Shown in pieces: positions 39,168-51,060 of a stretch of DNA of 64,000 nt. A model generated the notes under the pieces. It ran no database searches, was not told the origin of the DNA, and saw only the letters and a list, made by a program, of their open reading frames with translations. Positions within the stretch are counted from its first letter, which is position 1. Each line of letters opens with the position of its first letter. The position numbers and the translations under genes were made by a program. Source of the stretch: Octopus sinensis (Eukaryota); contig NW_021832997.1 of assembly GCF_006345805.1 (NCBI RefSeq), positions 1 through 64,000 on the forward strand. Reading direction: 5' to 3'.

Positions 39168-40259
39168 TTAAAATCCGCAGAAGTGCCTGGCTGCGCTCTT
39201 TCTGTATGAGAGTGATGATAACGTTCTCCTTCGGCGCCTCTTCATCACCCTCCTCGCTGTCAACATCCCGACGGTCGTGAAGCTCTTCCCCGTTGCATTT
39301 AGACGTAACCTTTTCTCGGCTGTCATTGATGTCCGTGTCTTGGGTGGACAGCTTCCTTTTGAACGCTTTCGTCCTGTGTTTGTTTGGATTCTTTGTTGCA
39401 TTAAAACCTGGCACTTGTACGACAGCACCTGCAGTTGTTGCGTTCCGTTTGTCAGGAAGAGTGCCGAATGCTTGAAAGAATATGGCGAAGGGATCTTTAA
39501 ACAGTTCTGCTTTTTACCTGAGAATTGCTGCCCCTGTTTTCTTTCATGTTCGCTTCTTATCAAATACGATTGGTTCATTTTATTTGATACAGTTTCTCTC
39601 ATCATTTTTGTTGTAGGTATTGCTGCTGTTGTTGTTCTCGTCGAAGTCAACAAACTTTGGTCGGCTTCCAGAGAGTCGCGGCACTTTACTGGGTGGTATG
39701 GAACTAAAGGCTCGGAAGATTTGAATTTATTAACGAATTGCGAAAAACCCCAGAATGAAAACTGGTCCGGCGCTGTTGAAACGATCACAAAAGCTTCCAT
39801 ATCGTCTTCAGAAAATTTTACAGCGTCTTTCACAAAAGAAAGAATTTTGTTCGCTTTCTCTGAGCGACCTTCGTTTGACAATTCTGTCTGTTCAACTTTT
39901 GAAATAACAGGAAATTGTTTATTGTTAAGGAATTTGTCAGCAGAGAGAAGAGATTCTTTGGTAGATCCGTTGCCAGGCATAAAGTTTCTGTGGTTCTGTG
40001 TAAGGTCCAAAGCTTGGTCCTCGACCTGGTGGAATTGGTTGAGATTAGGGACGGCAATGATTGATGCAGTACCATACAGAGATGGAAAAGCATGATTATT
40101 ATTGTTGTTAGTGGAATAAGTCCAGCCGATGCAATTTGGGGAATTTTTATCATCGTAGCTTTTGTCTCTGTCAGCAAACCCGCCAGTGTGGTCGATGGTT
40201 TTGGAAGATGCAATGGTGTCGCACTGGGATGGCTTGTCATTCTTTCTCGTTGTGCTTGT
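39168..40259 (-). CDS. Terminal coding exon (363 aa plus stop) of an uncharacterised, possibly DNA-binding protein
   Basis: Polypyrimidine-TTAATTACAG| acceptor, phase 0, no stop for 1089 nt (TSTTRKND...EDQALDLT...FVIVSTAPDQFSFWG...); same acceptor in the paralog; phase matches the upstream exon. Confidence 0.7.
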   Translation of the reverse strand, partial: TSTTRKNDKPSQCDTIASSKTIDHTGGFADRDKSYDDKNSPNCIGWTYSTNNNNNHAFPSLYGTASIIAVPNLNQFHQVEDQALDLTQNHRNFMPGNGSTKESLLSADKFLNNKQFPVISKVEQTELSNEGRSEKANKILSFVKDAVKFSEDDMEAFVIVSTAPDQFSFWGFSQFVNKFKSSEPLVPYHPVKCRDSLEADQSLLTSTRTTTAAIPTTKMMRETVSNKMNQSYLIRSEHERKQGQQFSGKKQNCLKIPSPYSFKHSALFLTNGTQQLQVLSYKCQVLMQQRIQTNTGRKRSKGSCPPKTRTSMTAEKRLRLNATGKSFTTVGMLTARRVMKRRRRRTLSSLSYRKSAARHFCGF

Positions 40260-40374
40260 CTGTAATTAAGGAAAAAGGAATAAAACAATTTTACTGATAT
40301 GAAAAAAAATAATGATGATGAAATTGTGTTCAGGTGCGTATAAAACTTATGTAGAGAGACAGATATGTTAGTTA

Positions 40375-40818
40375 GTTAATTTGGCTCAAAAGCAAATAGC
40401 AAGGCCATGTAGGGGGACATGGAGTTAAGTACAGGGTGGTGTTCAGGCCACTTGAGGTCAAAGGAGACTTTGAACAAAGCGGCATCTTCACTATCTCGCC
40501 CGGCAGCTTATTCCACGGATCCGCAACCCGGACGGAGAAAGCCCCTCTCCTTCGATTGAGATGAAATCGTCGCAGATAGAGCTTTTCGGAATGACCCCGC
40601 AGCCGACGCTCTGGAGCAGGAGTGAAGAACAGCTCTTTCGAGAGGTTACACTTTCCGCTTATGATGTTGTGAGCAAGAATGAGATCACCACAGCGTCGTC
40701 GTTTTTCTAGAGAATAAAGGTCGAGCGTCTTCAGCCTTTCTTCATAAGACAAATTCTTGAGACCAAGAACCATGCGGGTAGCCAGCTTCTGGACTCTTTC
40801 GAGATGCTGTATGTCTTT
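40375..40818 (-). mobile_element. CR1-type LINE 3' fragment (intronic)
   Basis: LERVQKLATRMV..LSYEERLKTLDLYSLEKRR.GDLI...RGHSEKL...FSVRVADPWNKLP. Confidence 0.9.
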
Positions 40819-40985
40819 GAGGATATATGTATATAGAGAAGGAAAGGGAGACAAAAAGATATATGTATATAGAAAGAGCAACATAAAATGAAGTGTTTTG
40901 CTCAAGAACACAATGTGTTGCCCAGGAATCGAAACCACGATCATGAGTTCAACACCCTAACCCCGTGCCTCCACTTATATATATA

Positions 40986-41351
40986 CTAGCAGTATCGCCC
41001 GGCGTTGCTCAGGTTTGTAAGGGAAATAACTATAAAGCGTTTTTAGAGAGCTATAGCCAAAAAAATGGAAAAAACTGATGGTAAATTTTTTTGAGAGTAA
41101 AAAAAGGTGGAGTTGCGTCCCCTAGACAGTTTGCGGTTTGTGTTTCTGATTCTCGACCCCATGTCGAATTTATCGATTTTTTTCAGAACTGGGGGAACTT
41201 TTCAAAATTTTCGCTGCGTTAGTTTTGAATTATGACATTGGGCTATGTGTGTGTCAAGTTTCATCAGAATCGGTTGAAAGCCGTGGTCAGGGTGAGAGTA
41301 CAAGCAAACAGACACACAGACAAACTGCCGTTTATATATAGAGAGAAGAGA
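40986..41351 (-). mobile_element. Non-autonomous Helitron, same family as 38640-38983
   Basis: Reverse complement of the 38.6-39.0 kb element with both termini. Confidence 0.85.
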
Positions 41352-44205
41352 TAATAAGGATGAAAAATTTAATGTTAATTTTATTAATATCAATTTAGAA
41401 CCAGTGGTCTAGCACAGTGCTTTTCAAACTTTTTGCTAGAGCGGAGCCCCTGTGCAATAGTCTTATCTGCACAGGAGAATTAAAAATTACTGACGATTTT
41501 AGCAATTTTGTAACTTCTTGTGGAACCCTAACGTTCCGCAGAACCCTGGTTGAAAACCACTGATATAGAGAAAGGAAGAGAAGGTCAATACAGTAAAATT
41601 TATAGCACACAGAGCTGGGGGTCAGTAGTGTAGTGAAAGCATGTGATAAAGATAAGACTACTGAATGATGATGTAACTCGAATGTAGAGCCTAAAAACAG
41701 AAACAATTCCCATTATAGTAAGAACATTAGGTGTGATAACAAAGAACTTCTGACAAATACGTGACAGAAACTAGCACTGCCCACATCCTACGCAAAACAC
41801 TTTCAATACAGTAACCAAAAGAACATCACAGAGCTGCGCTCGGTAGTTAAGTCAAAGCAAGCTATAAAACTATTGAATAATAATAATAGTTTTAAATAAG
41901 GTGGTGAGCTGACAGAGTCGTTACTATGTCAGACAAAATGCTTAGCGTCATTTCTTCCAATTTTACATTCAGAGTTCAAATTCTACCGAGGTCGTCTTTG
42001 CCGTTCATCCTTTTGGAATCGACAAATTAAGGGCCAGTGAAATACTGGGGGGGAGGGGGGTTGTAATCAACTTTGCCCTTCTCCCAGAGTTGCTGGCCTT
42101 GTGCCATAATTTGAAACTGATGATAGTTTCAAAGTTTGAAACAAGGCCAACAAGTTTTAGGGGAGCGTCGGTTATGTTGACCCTAGAACAAGGAAAGGAA
42201 ACTCAAACTTATCCAAAATGTCAACAGTTCTGTCTGTTTGCTGCCTTGATGATGAGAATAATAATTTATTTCTTTATTACCCACAGGGGACATACAAAGA
42301 AATTAAGTTGATTACATCGACTCCAGTCTGTAACTGGTACTTATTTAATTGACCCACGAAGGGATGAAAGGCAAAGTCGACCTCTGCGGGATTTGAAATC
42401 AAATTCAATGGGTGGCATCTGTGCTAGTGGAGCGCTGAGAGCACCATCCGAGCGTGATCGTTGCCAGAGCAACAAACTGGCTTCCGTGCTGGTGGCAAGT
42501 AAAAAGCACCATTCAAGCGTGATCGTTGCCAGTACCACCTGACTGGCCCTCATGCCAGTGGCACGTAAAAGCACCCACTACACTCTCAGAGTGGTTGGCA
42601 TTAGGAAGGGCATCCAGGTGTAGAAAGTCTGCCAGATCAGATTGGAGCCTGGTTCGCCAGACCTCAGTCAAATCTTCCAGCATGGAAAGCGGACGTTGAT
42701 GATAATGATTATAATTTGTTTATTGGCCACGAGGGGTTACATTAAAACAATAATTATAATCTTTTCTACTCTAGGTACAAGGCCTGGATTTTGTGGGGAG
42801 TGAGACAGCCAATCACTTCGACCACAATACTCAACTGGAACTTAATTTATGTAAGGGGCAAAGGTGAACTCAGAACATAAAGGCAGACGAAATACCACCA
42901 AGCATTTCGCCAGGTGTGCTAACGATTCTGCCATAATAGTAATTTCTACTCTAGGTACAAGGCCCTGAAAATTTTTGGGGAAAGGGTATGGTCGAATACA
43001 TTGAGACCAGTGCTTGTTTCGACCCTGAAAGGCAAAGCTGACCTTGGCGGAATTTGAACTCAGAATACTGCTAACCAGTTTACCTGGCATGCTAATGATT
43101 CTGCCAGCTTGCTTGCCTATAATGGTTTCAAATTTTGGCACAAGGGCAGCTATTTTGGGGAAGGGGATAAGTCGATTACTTCAACCCCAGTGTTTCACTG
43201 GTGCTTAATTTATCACCCCCTCGAAAGGATGATAGCCATAAAAAAAAAACATGCCAAAACAACAGCAGAACTTGGGGTAGTTCTCTGGCTTGCCAGCTCT
43301 TGTTAAGTGTATATATAGGAGTGGTAAGTAGCTTGTTTACCAACAACATGGTTCCAGGTTCAGTCCCACTGCGTGGCACCTTGGGCAAGTGTCTTCTACT
43401 ATAGCCTCGGGCCGACCAAAGCCTTGTGAGTGGATTTGGTAGACGGAGACTGAAAGAAGCCCGTCGTATGTGTGTTTATGTCCCCATTACTTAGTGGTTC
43501 GGCAAAAGAGACCGATAGAATAAGTACCAGACTTACAAAGAATAAGTCCTGGGGTCGAGTTGCTCGATTAAAGGCGGTACTCCAGCATGACTGAAACAAG
43601 TAAAAGAGTTTATAGGATTTGGGTAAGTATTTCTTTAAATATAAGAAAGAATTTAGTAAAATAACTTAGTTATCATTAAGCTAGTGTTAGGAACATAAAT
43701 TGTGACTAAGGTTTGGTGGAAGATTTTAATTCAAAACTTATGCAAACAAGACATTTGTAGCCAGATCCGGTTTCAGCCAGGTTGGTATCAAAAAGATGAA
43801 AGGTAACGTGAAACTCTAAGTAACAGTTTTTGTAATGTCTTTGCAGCTTTTTAATAAAATATATCTGTAAAGTGTGTCTTTGTGTTTATACCACTTGACA
43901 ACTGATGTTAGTGTCTTTACATCCCTATAACTTAGTAGTTCGGCAAAAGTGACTGATAGAATAGGCGTTTAAGAAACCATAAGCCCTGGGGTAGATTTTA
44001 TTCAACTAAAAACCATTGAAGGTGGTGCTCCAGCATGGCCACCGACTAATGACTGAAACGAGTAATAGATTACTACACGTGACCCTCCCTTAAGGTAACA
44101 GAGTTCGATTTGAGGGAGACGTGGCTGTGATTTCTAGAGGTCTGAGCGAATTGGACATACTGAAAGTTGGAGTTTTCTTGATTGTGTAATTTAAGTGTGA
44201 CTTAC

Positions 44206-44381
44206 CTTGACCCTGTTGACGAGGTTCTTTTGGGGCGGGACCCAATTGACATTTGGGGGTACGTGCCTTCCCGTCACGTCGACCTCCCAGTTGCCAATGT
44301 TGTGGAGGTACATCCGCATGTTGACACGGAACGAACAACGATGGCCACTTTTCGCTCGTTTCTCATCTTTCTTCAGGCAAT
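44206..44381 (-). CDS. Internal coding exon, 176 nt: (N)CLKKDEKRAKSGHRCSFRVNMRMYLHNIGNWEVDVTGRHVPPNVNWVPPQKNLVNRVK
   Basis: Strong acceptor TTTCTCTTTTCCACAG| and consensus donor AAG|GTAAGT; phase 1 in, phase 0 out; open, complex peptide. Confidence 0.8.
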
Positions 44382-46304
44382 CTGTGGAAAAGAGAAAAAC
44401 AGAAATGAATAGAAATATACAAGAAGGGCAGGTCTGGTTGTATATTTATATACATCCAGATCATAGTGGTGCAGTCTCCTGGCTTACCAGCCCTCGGTTG
44501 AACCGTCCAACCTATGCCAGCATGGAAAGCAAACATTAAACTATGAGGATCGACGAGATGAGATCTTTTGCTCAAGAACATAAGACACTGCCTGGTCCAT
44601 GATTTTGCGATCATGTGGATGTACACATGTTACAAGTATACATGTATGGCCGTTTGCCAGCCCTGTCTGGCACATAATAAGGACTCATGGAGTGGTTGGC
44701 GTTAGGAAGGGCATCCAGCCGTAGAAACATTGCCTGATCAGACTGGGCCTGGTGCAGCCTTCTGGCCTCCCAGACCCCAGTTGAACCGTCCAACCCATGC
44801 CAGCATGGAAAGCGGACATTAAACGACGATGATGATGATGTGTGTGTGTGTATACATATATATGTGGCACGTAAAAAGCACCATCCGAAGCCAGTGCCGC
44901 CTCGACTGGCTTCCATAAAATGCACCAATCCGACTGTGGCCGTTGCCAGCCTCGCCTGGCACCAGTGCAGGTGGCACGTAAAAAGCACCCACTACACTCA
45001 CGGAGTGGTTGGCGTTAGGAAGGGCATCCAGCTGTAGAAACACTGCCAGATCAGACTGGGCCTGGTGCAGCCTTCTGGCCTCCCAGACCCCAGTTGAACC
45101 GTCCAACCCATGCCAGCATGGGAAGCAAACATTACATGATGATCCAGCCAGCAAACGGTAACAGGTATGCTGAGGTAGACCTCACAGGTACTGATACCAT
45201 GCGAAAATCACTCAGATCACTCTGCAAAAAAAGGTTCATCTTAGAAAAGGTGTTCAGCCTTAAAAGCTATGCCAAAGCAGACCTTACCAGTGCTGCTGCC
45301 ACATAAAAAGACCCAGTCGGCGCAGGAGTGGCTGTGTGGTAAGTAGCTTGTTTACCAACCACATGGTTCTGGGCAGGTCTGGTGAGGCGGTTGTATATCT
45401 ATATACATCCAGATCATATTGGCACGTGGTCGAACTGTCCAACCCATGCCAGAATGGAAAGCAAACATTAACCATTTTGTTACCATATTTCTGCTGAGAT
45501 GCTCTGTGTTTCTTTCAATTATAACAAAGAATTTAGTAAAATAACTTAGTTATCATTAAGTTAGTGTTAGGAACATAAATTGTGACTAAGGTTTTAATTC
45601 AAAACTTATGAAAACAAGACATTTGTACTCAGAGGTGGTTTCAGTCGGGTTGGTATCAAAAGGGTTAAACAACGACAATAATGATGATCCAGCCTGCCAA
45701 TGGTAACAGGCAGACCACATGGGTACAGACACCATGCAAAAAGCACCCAGATCGCTCTGCAAAAAAAAGGGTTCATCTTAGAAAAGGTGTTCAGCCTTAA
45801 AAGCTATGCCAAACAGACCTCACCAGTGCTGGTTCCACATAAAAAGCACCCAGTCCTCTCTGTAAAAGTGCCAGCATTAGGAAGGGCATCCAGCTGTAAA
45901 AGCCCTAAAGTAGACCTCTTTGGTGCTGGTACCATGTAAGAAGTAACCAGTCCACTCTGGATGGCATTAGGAAGGGTATCCAGTTATAGAAGCCATGCCA
46001 AAGCAGACCTCTCTGGTGCCATGTAAAAAAGCACCCAGTCCACTTTGTAATGTGGGCACCCAGCCCTAAAAAAAGAGCTGGCAAGAGAACTGCCCCAAAT
46101 TCCCCTGTTGTTTTGGCATGTTTTTTCTTTTTTTATGGCTGGGTGCCCTTCCTGATATTTCTGCTTGAGCACCTCCATGCTGAATCTGTCTGATACGTAA
46201 TGGAAAATAGGCCTCAGTTTCAAAACATTGATGTCAAGGTCTGAAAGGAATTATTATCATTTCTGTTGATTACTCGAAAAAAGCCAATAGGAAATAACAC
46301 TTAC

Positions 46305-46356
46305 TAAACAAAACTTTAAAATTTGTTACAGTGGTAGCGGTGACAGGCGCAAACAT
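46305..46356 (-). CDS. Upstream coding exon part: MFAPVTATTVTNFKVLF (exon probably starts at 46468)
   Basis: Donor TTTA|GTAAGT is phase 1, matching the 44381 acceptor; ATG in AAAACAATG context; acceptor TTTATTTCTGTAG| at 46468. Confidence 0.6.
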
Positions 46357-46789
46357 TGTTTTTGCCTTTGATTTAATCTACAAAACCACTTTCCCCACAT
46401 CCTTGTGTCTGGAATTTCCGTCCAGGAAGAAATATACGAACAGGGAACGACCTGCATAAATTCCCTTACTACAGAAATAAAGTTAATTAAAAGCCTAAAT
46501 ATCTGATGCGTATTATAATTATTATTATTTTTCACTTTAGCACTTTCATCATGAGACCAAATAACATTGGGTTTTCTAAAAATATTTACTGTTATAAACC
46601 CAAACTCGAATATAAAAGTTTAAAAGGTTTTAAGCAACTAAAAATACAGCAAGATACAATACGAACAAAGATTGCTAAATTGTAAGCAAAACCAAACTTC
46701 AACGCAATAACATTTTTATGCAACGAGTTGCTACATTCTAGACTAATTAAAATCAACATGAGGAATATTTAAAGGAGAATTCATCTACG

Positions 46790-47040
46790 AAGCAATTGCC
46801 CCAGCTCCCCTTCGGGGTTCGCAAAGGCCATGTGGTGGACAACGAAAAACCTGGCTGATCTGGAACCCAACCTAGGCCTACCCATGTCTACGGCGTTCGC
46901 CGCTGGAATAAGGAGTGGTTGGAGACCACACGGTCGTTGGCCTTAAATCGCCAGGCCTGGTCGGCGTTTGTGAGAGATGCAGCATTGAGGATGAATGAAG
47001 CCAGCTCAACCCACCCCGGGTGGATGCTGTCTCAAAACAA
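46790..47040 (+). mobile_element. RTE-clade LINE 3' fragment
   Basis: RRWNKEWLETTRSLALNRQAWSAFVRDAA...STHPG resembles RTE/BovB C-termini. Confidence 0.65.
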
Positions 47041-47157
47041 GAACTAAAATCAACTCTGAACATGTCGTGCCGCAAACAGATCAGAACTCCACAAAGTGAC
47101 ACTGCAGGCATAGAACAGCAATCAAAATCATGTAAGCAAAACAAAATTCACAACAAC

Positions 47158-47910
47158 GTAGTCCTAGGTACACTATGTATGAATAAAAGACGGGATGGTC
47201 ACAACTGGAACATGTTTTAAATCATAGGTCTGCTGGATCAGGACTGACCTGGGGCTAAACAACAAGGGAGGCACATTAGATAATGTAGTCCTAGATACAC
47301 TATGTATGAATAAAAGACAGGATGGTCACAGTTGGAACATCCTTTAAATTATAGCTCTGCTGGATCTAAGCTGACCAGGGGCTAAACAACAATAAGGGAG
47401 AACACGTTAGATAATGTAGTCCTAGATGCACTATGCCTGAATAAAAAACAGGATGGTCACAATTGGAACATCCTTTAAATTATAGCTCTGCTGGATCAGG
47501 ACTGACCTGGGGCTAAACAACAAGGGAGGCACATTAGATAATGTAGTCCTAGGTACACTATGTATGAATAAAAGACAGGATGGTCACAGTTGGAACATCC
47601 TTTAAATTATAGCTCTGCTGGATCTAAGCTGACCAGGGGCTAAACAACAATAAGGGAGAACACGTTAGATAATGTAGTCCTAGATGCACTATGCCTGAAT
47701 AAAAAACAGGATGGTCACAGTTGGAACATCTCTGATCATAGGTCTGTCTGGATCAGGACTGACCTGGGGCTAAACAACAAGGGAGGCACATTAGATAATG
47801 TAGCCCTAGATACACTGTGCCTGAATAAAAGACGGGATGGTCACAACTGGAACATGTTTTAAATCATGGCTCTGCTGGATCTAAGCTGACCAGGGGATAA
47901 ACATCAACAA
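47158..47910 (+). repeat. Six-unit tandem array alternating 127- and 131-bp units (258-bp dimer)
   Basis: Units start GTAG(T/C)CCTAG at 47158, 47285, 47416, 47543, 47674, 47800; A and B endings alternate. Confidence 0.9.
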
Positions 47911-47920
47911 AGGGGGTCGA

Positions 47921-48946
47921 CCTTGAGTGACTTCAACACAACCAAAGCATTCTATAGGGGATTAGTGGAGGGGAGGTACGACGACGATCTCGGGGCAAAC
48001 CTGGGCGTCGACGAGGAATACCTGACCCGCCTGTTTCAAACGACTTTCGGCCCGGGACCTATGGACAACTTCCAGAGATCCCTGGCCTGGCGGTGCTACC
48101 GAGAAGCGCTACCCGTTCGGGATAAGCTCTATAGGCATGGCTCGAGAAACACGGGGCCGACCTGCCCGAGATGCGGGCAGAGCGACGAAACCGCTCTGCA
48201 CGCAATCGTGCAGTGTCCAGCAATTTCCCACCTGTGGGCTTATGTCGAACGACTGCTGTCACGTGTGGGACGTATCGGTTTATCAGCCGAGTCTATCGTT
48301 AATATCGTCACGCCTCCTTCCTTCAAACGGGAAGGAAGAGCTATTTTTATCATACTTGTGGCTATGGCGAAAGAATGTATCTGGTGGACGCGCCTGAAAG
48401 GATTAGAGACAAACACTTTCCTCTCTGGTCAATCTCTCATCAACTTCTTCAAGTATCACTTGAGGAGGAAAGTGAGAGTAGAGAGGCAAGTTTTGTCTAG
48501 CGAATGTTTTAAAAAAAGATGGGTGAATGTAGCAAGGATGGCACGTATGAATGACGAAGCCACCTTGACTATGATTCTATGAACCATAAAATTAATACAG
48601 AGAGTTGCTTATTTGCAAAAAAAAAAAGAAATATAACATGTGACTTCATTGACCGAGGTTACCGTGGTCTTTTCCGTAGGCTTTTCTTTCCACGAGTAAA
48701 CCTCACCTGTCCTCCCCTTTACACTTCATATTGACATTTCTGTGATAACGATCCCTACTGATCAATTTTTTTCCTCTCCCCCTTTTTTTTAACCCACCCC
48801 CTTTTTTTGTCCTCTTTCTCTCCTTTTACGATCCCTTTTGATCGAAACTCCCCCCTCATTTTTTTTTTTCCTTTAACCTTCAAAAGAAAAGCTCTACCTT
48901 GTAATTTGTTCTATCTGTGTGCAGCCCTGTGTGGCTAATAAAGAAA
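47921..48946 (+). mobile_element. 5'-truncated Tx1/L1-clade LINE, ORF2 C-terminus open for 219 aa, 3' UTR and AATAAA
   Basis: Homologous to 12.5-13.4 kb; CPRCGQSDETALHAIVQCP. Confidence 0.9.
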
Positions 48947-49014
48947 CATATCTATCTATCTCTATGTTATCTTATCTACCAACCAATCTCATATATATAT
49001 ATAATATATATATA

Positions 49015-49047
<33 letters not shown>

Positions 49048-49579
49048 CGTATGTGTGTGGGTGTGTGCGTACGTGTATATATATATGTGTGTGTTTGTGT
49101 GAGTGTGTGTGTATACATATGTGCGTATAAGTATGTCTAGATGAAGACAATAACATCGCCCCCACCCTCTGCTCCCCACAAGAACGGTAATGGCATTCTG
49201 AAGACTGGAGAACAGTAAAAACAGCGGCACAGGATGGGGGAGCGGATGGAGGGCGCGGGGGTGTTACAGAAGGGTGGGGGGGAGCGGATGGAGGGCGCGG
49301 GGGTGTTACAGAAGGGGGGGAGCCGTGGTAGACGTGGGGTGGCGACTATGTGGAGGGTGAGGGGTGAATCCATTTAAAGAACACATGTATGAGTGGTGCT
49401 CTGACGTTTGAAACCTAATTATATACACTTCGAGACATATATACACACGTATATACATACATACATACATACTTGTATGTATAAACATTCGCTGGCGCAC
49501 GCGCACTTATACACACACACACATATACAGACGTATATACATGCTGACGTATCTAGACGCATGTATGTATGCATGTATA

Positions 49580-49786
49580 CTCTCTTTTACTTGTTTCAGT
49601 CATTTGACTGCGGCCATGCTGGAGCACCGCCTTTTAGTCGAGCAAATCTACCCCGGGACTTATTCTTTGTAAGCCCAGTACTTATTCTATCGGTCTCTTT
49701 TGTCGAACCGCTAAGTAATGGGGACATAAACACACCAGCATCGGTTTTCAATCAATGCTAGGGGGACAAACACAGACACACACACA

Positions 49787-49837
<51 letters not shown>

Positions 49838-50016
49838 TATATATATACATATATACGACAGGCTTCTTTCAGTTTCCGTCTACCAAATCCACTCACAAGG
49901 CTTTGGTCGGCCCGAGGCTATAGCAGAAGACACTTGCCCAAGATGCCACGCAGTGGGACTGAACTCGGAACCGTGTGGTTTGTAAACAAGCTACTTACCA
50001 CACAGCCACTCCTGCG

Positions 50017-50066
<50 letters not shown>

Positions 50067-50278
50067 ATATAATAATATATATATATATATAATATATATA
50101 TATATACATATATACGACAGGCTTCTTTCAGTTTCCGTCTACCAAATCCACTCACAAAGCTTTGGTCGACCCGAGGCAATAGCAGAAGACACTTGCCCAA
50201 GGTGCCACGCAGTGGTACTGAACCCGGAACCATGTGGTTTGTAAACAAGCTACTTACCACACAGCCACTCCTGCACCT
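49580..50278 (-). mobile_element. SINE family B with duplicated head
   Basis: Tail at 49580 then two heads separated by (TA)n. Confidence 0.85.
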
Positions 50279-50546
50279 ATATACACACATATATATATAT
50301 ATATATGTATGTATATATATGTATTTATACACACACACAAAAGGGGGGCTGCAAAGTTCCTTGCTTTAAGGGTGTCGCGAAAGGCCTGGTTGGAGGCTCA
50401 ACCTTCTGAGTTCGTTTAGAAGGTTTACAAAAACTGAAGGACCGCTTGTGTGTGTGAATCTGAGAGGAGAATATGTTGAATAAAATCATAACTGATCCTC
50501 CTCTATTTTCTTTTACCCAAAGCGAAGAACTTTTCAGCATCCACTC

Positions 50547-50583
<37 letters not shown>

Positions 50584-50584
<1 letters not shown>

Positions 50585-50798
50585 TTAATCCAAACATGAA
50601 AACACAAAGAGAAAACACAGCAACGCGAGGACGTGGAACAAATATAGTATTATTGGACGCTCAGGAAAGAAGGGAAGAAGGAGGGTTTAACGTTTCAAGC
50701 GGAGCTCTTCGTCGGAAACATAGGAGAAGGAAAGATCCAGAGAAGGGAAGACAGAGGGAAAAAATCGCCAACGGTACACACGAGGTCACATTTTGAAA

Positions 50799-50833
<35 letters not shown>

Positions 50834-51060
50834 CATACATATGATTAAAAATGTGACCGCGTGTGTATCGTTGGCGATTTTTTTTCCCTCTGTCTTCCCT
50901 TCTCTGGATCTTTCCTTCTCCTATGTTTCCGACGAAGAGCTCCGCTCGAAACGTTAAACCCTCCTTCTTCCCTTCTTTCCTGAGCGTCCAATAATACTAT
51001 ATTTGTTCTACGTCCTCGCGTTGTTGTGTTTTCTCTTTGTGTTTTCATGTTTGGATTAAC

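Noticed and set aside
47040-47105. Further upstream exon of the minus-strand gene after CTATGCCTGCAG
   Set aside because: Acceptor is plausible but there is no convincing donor or peptide support.
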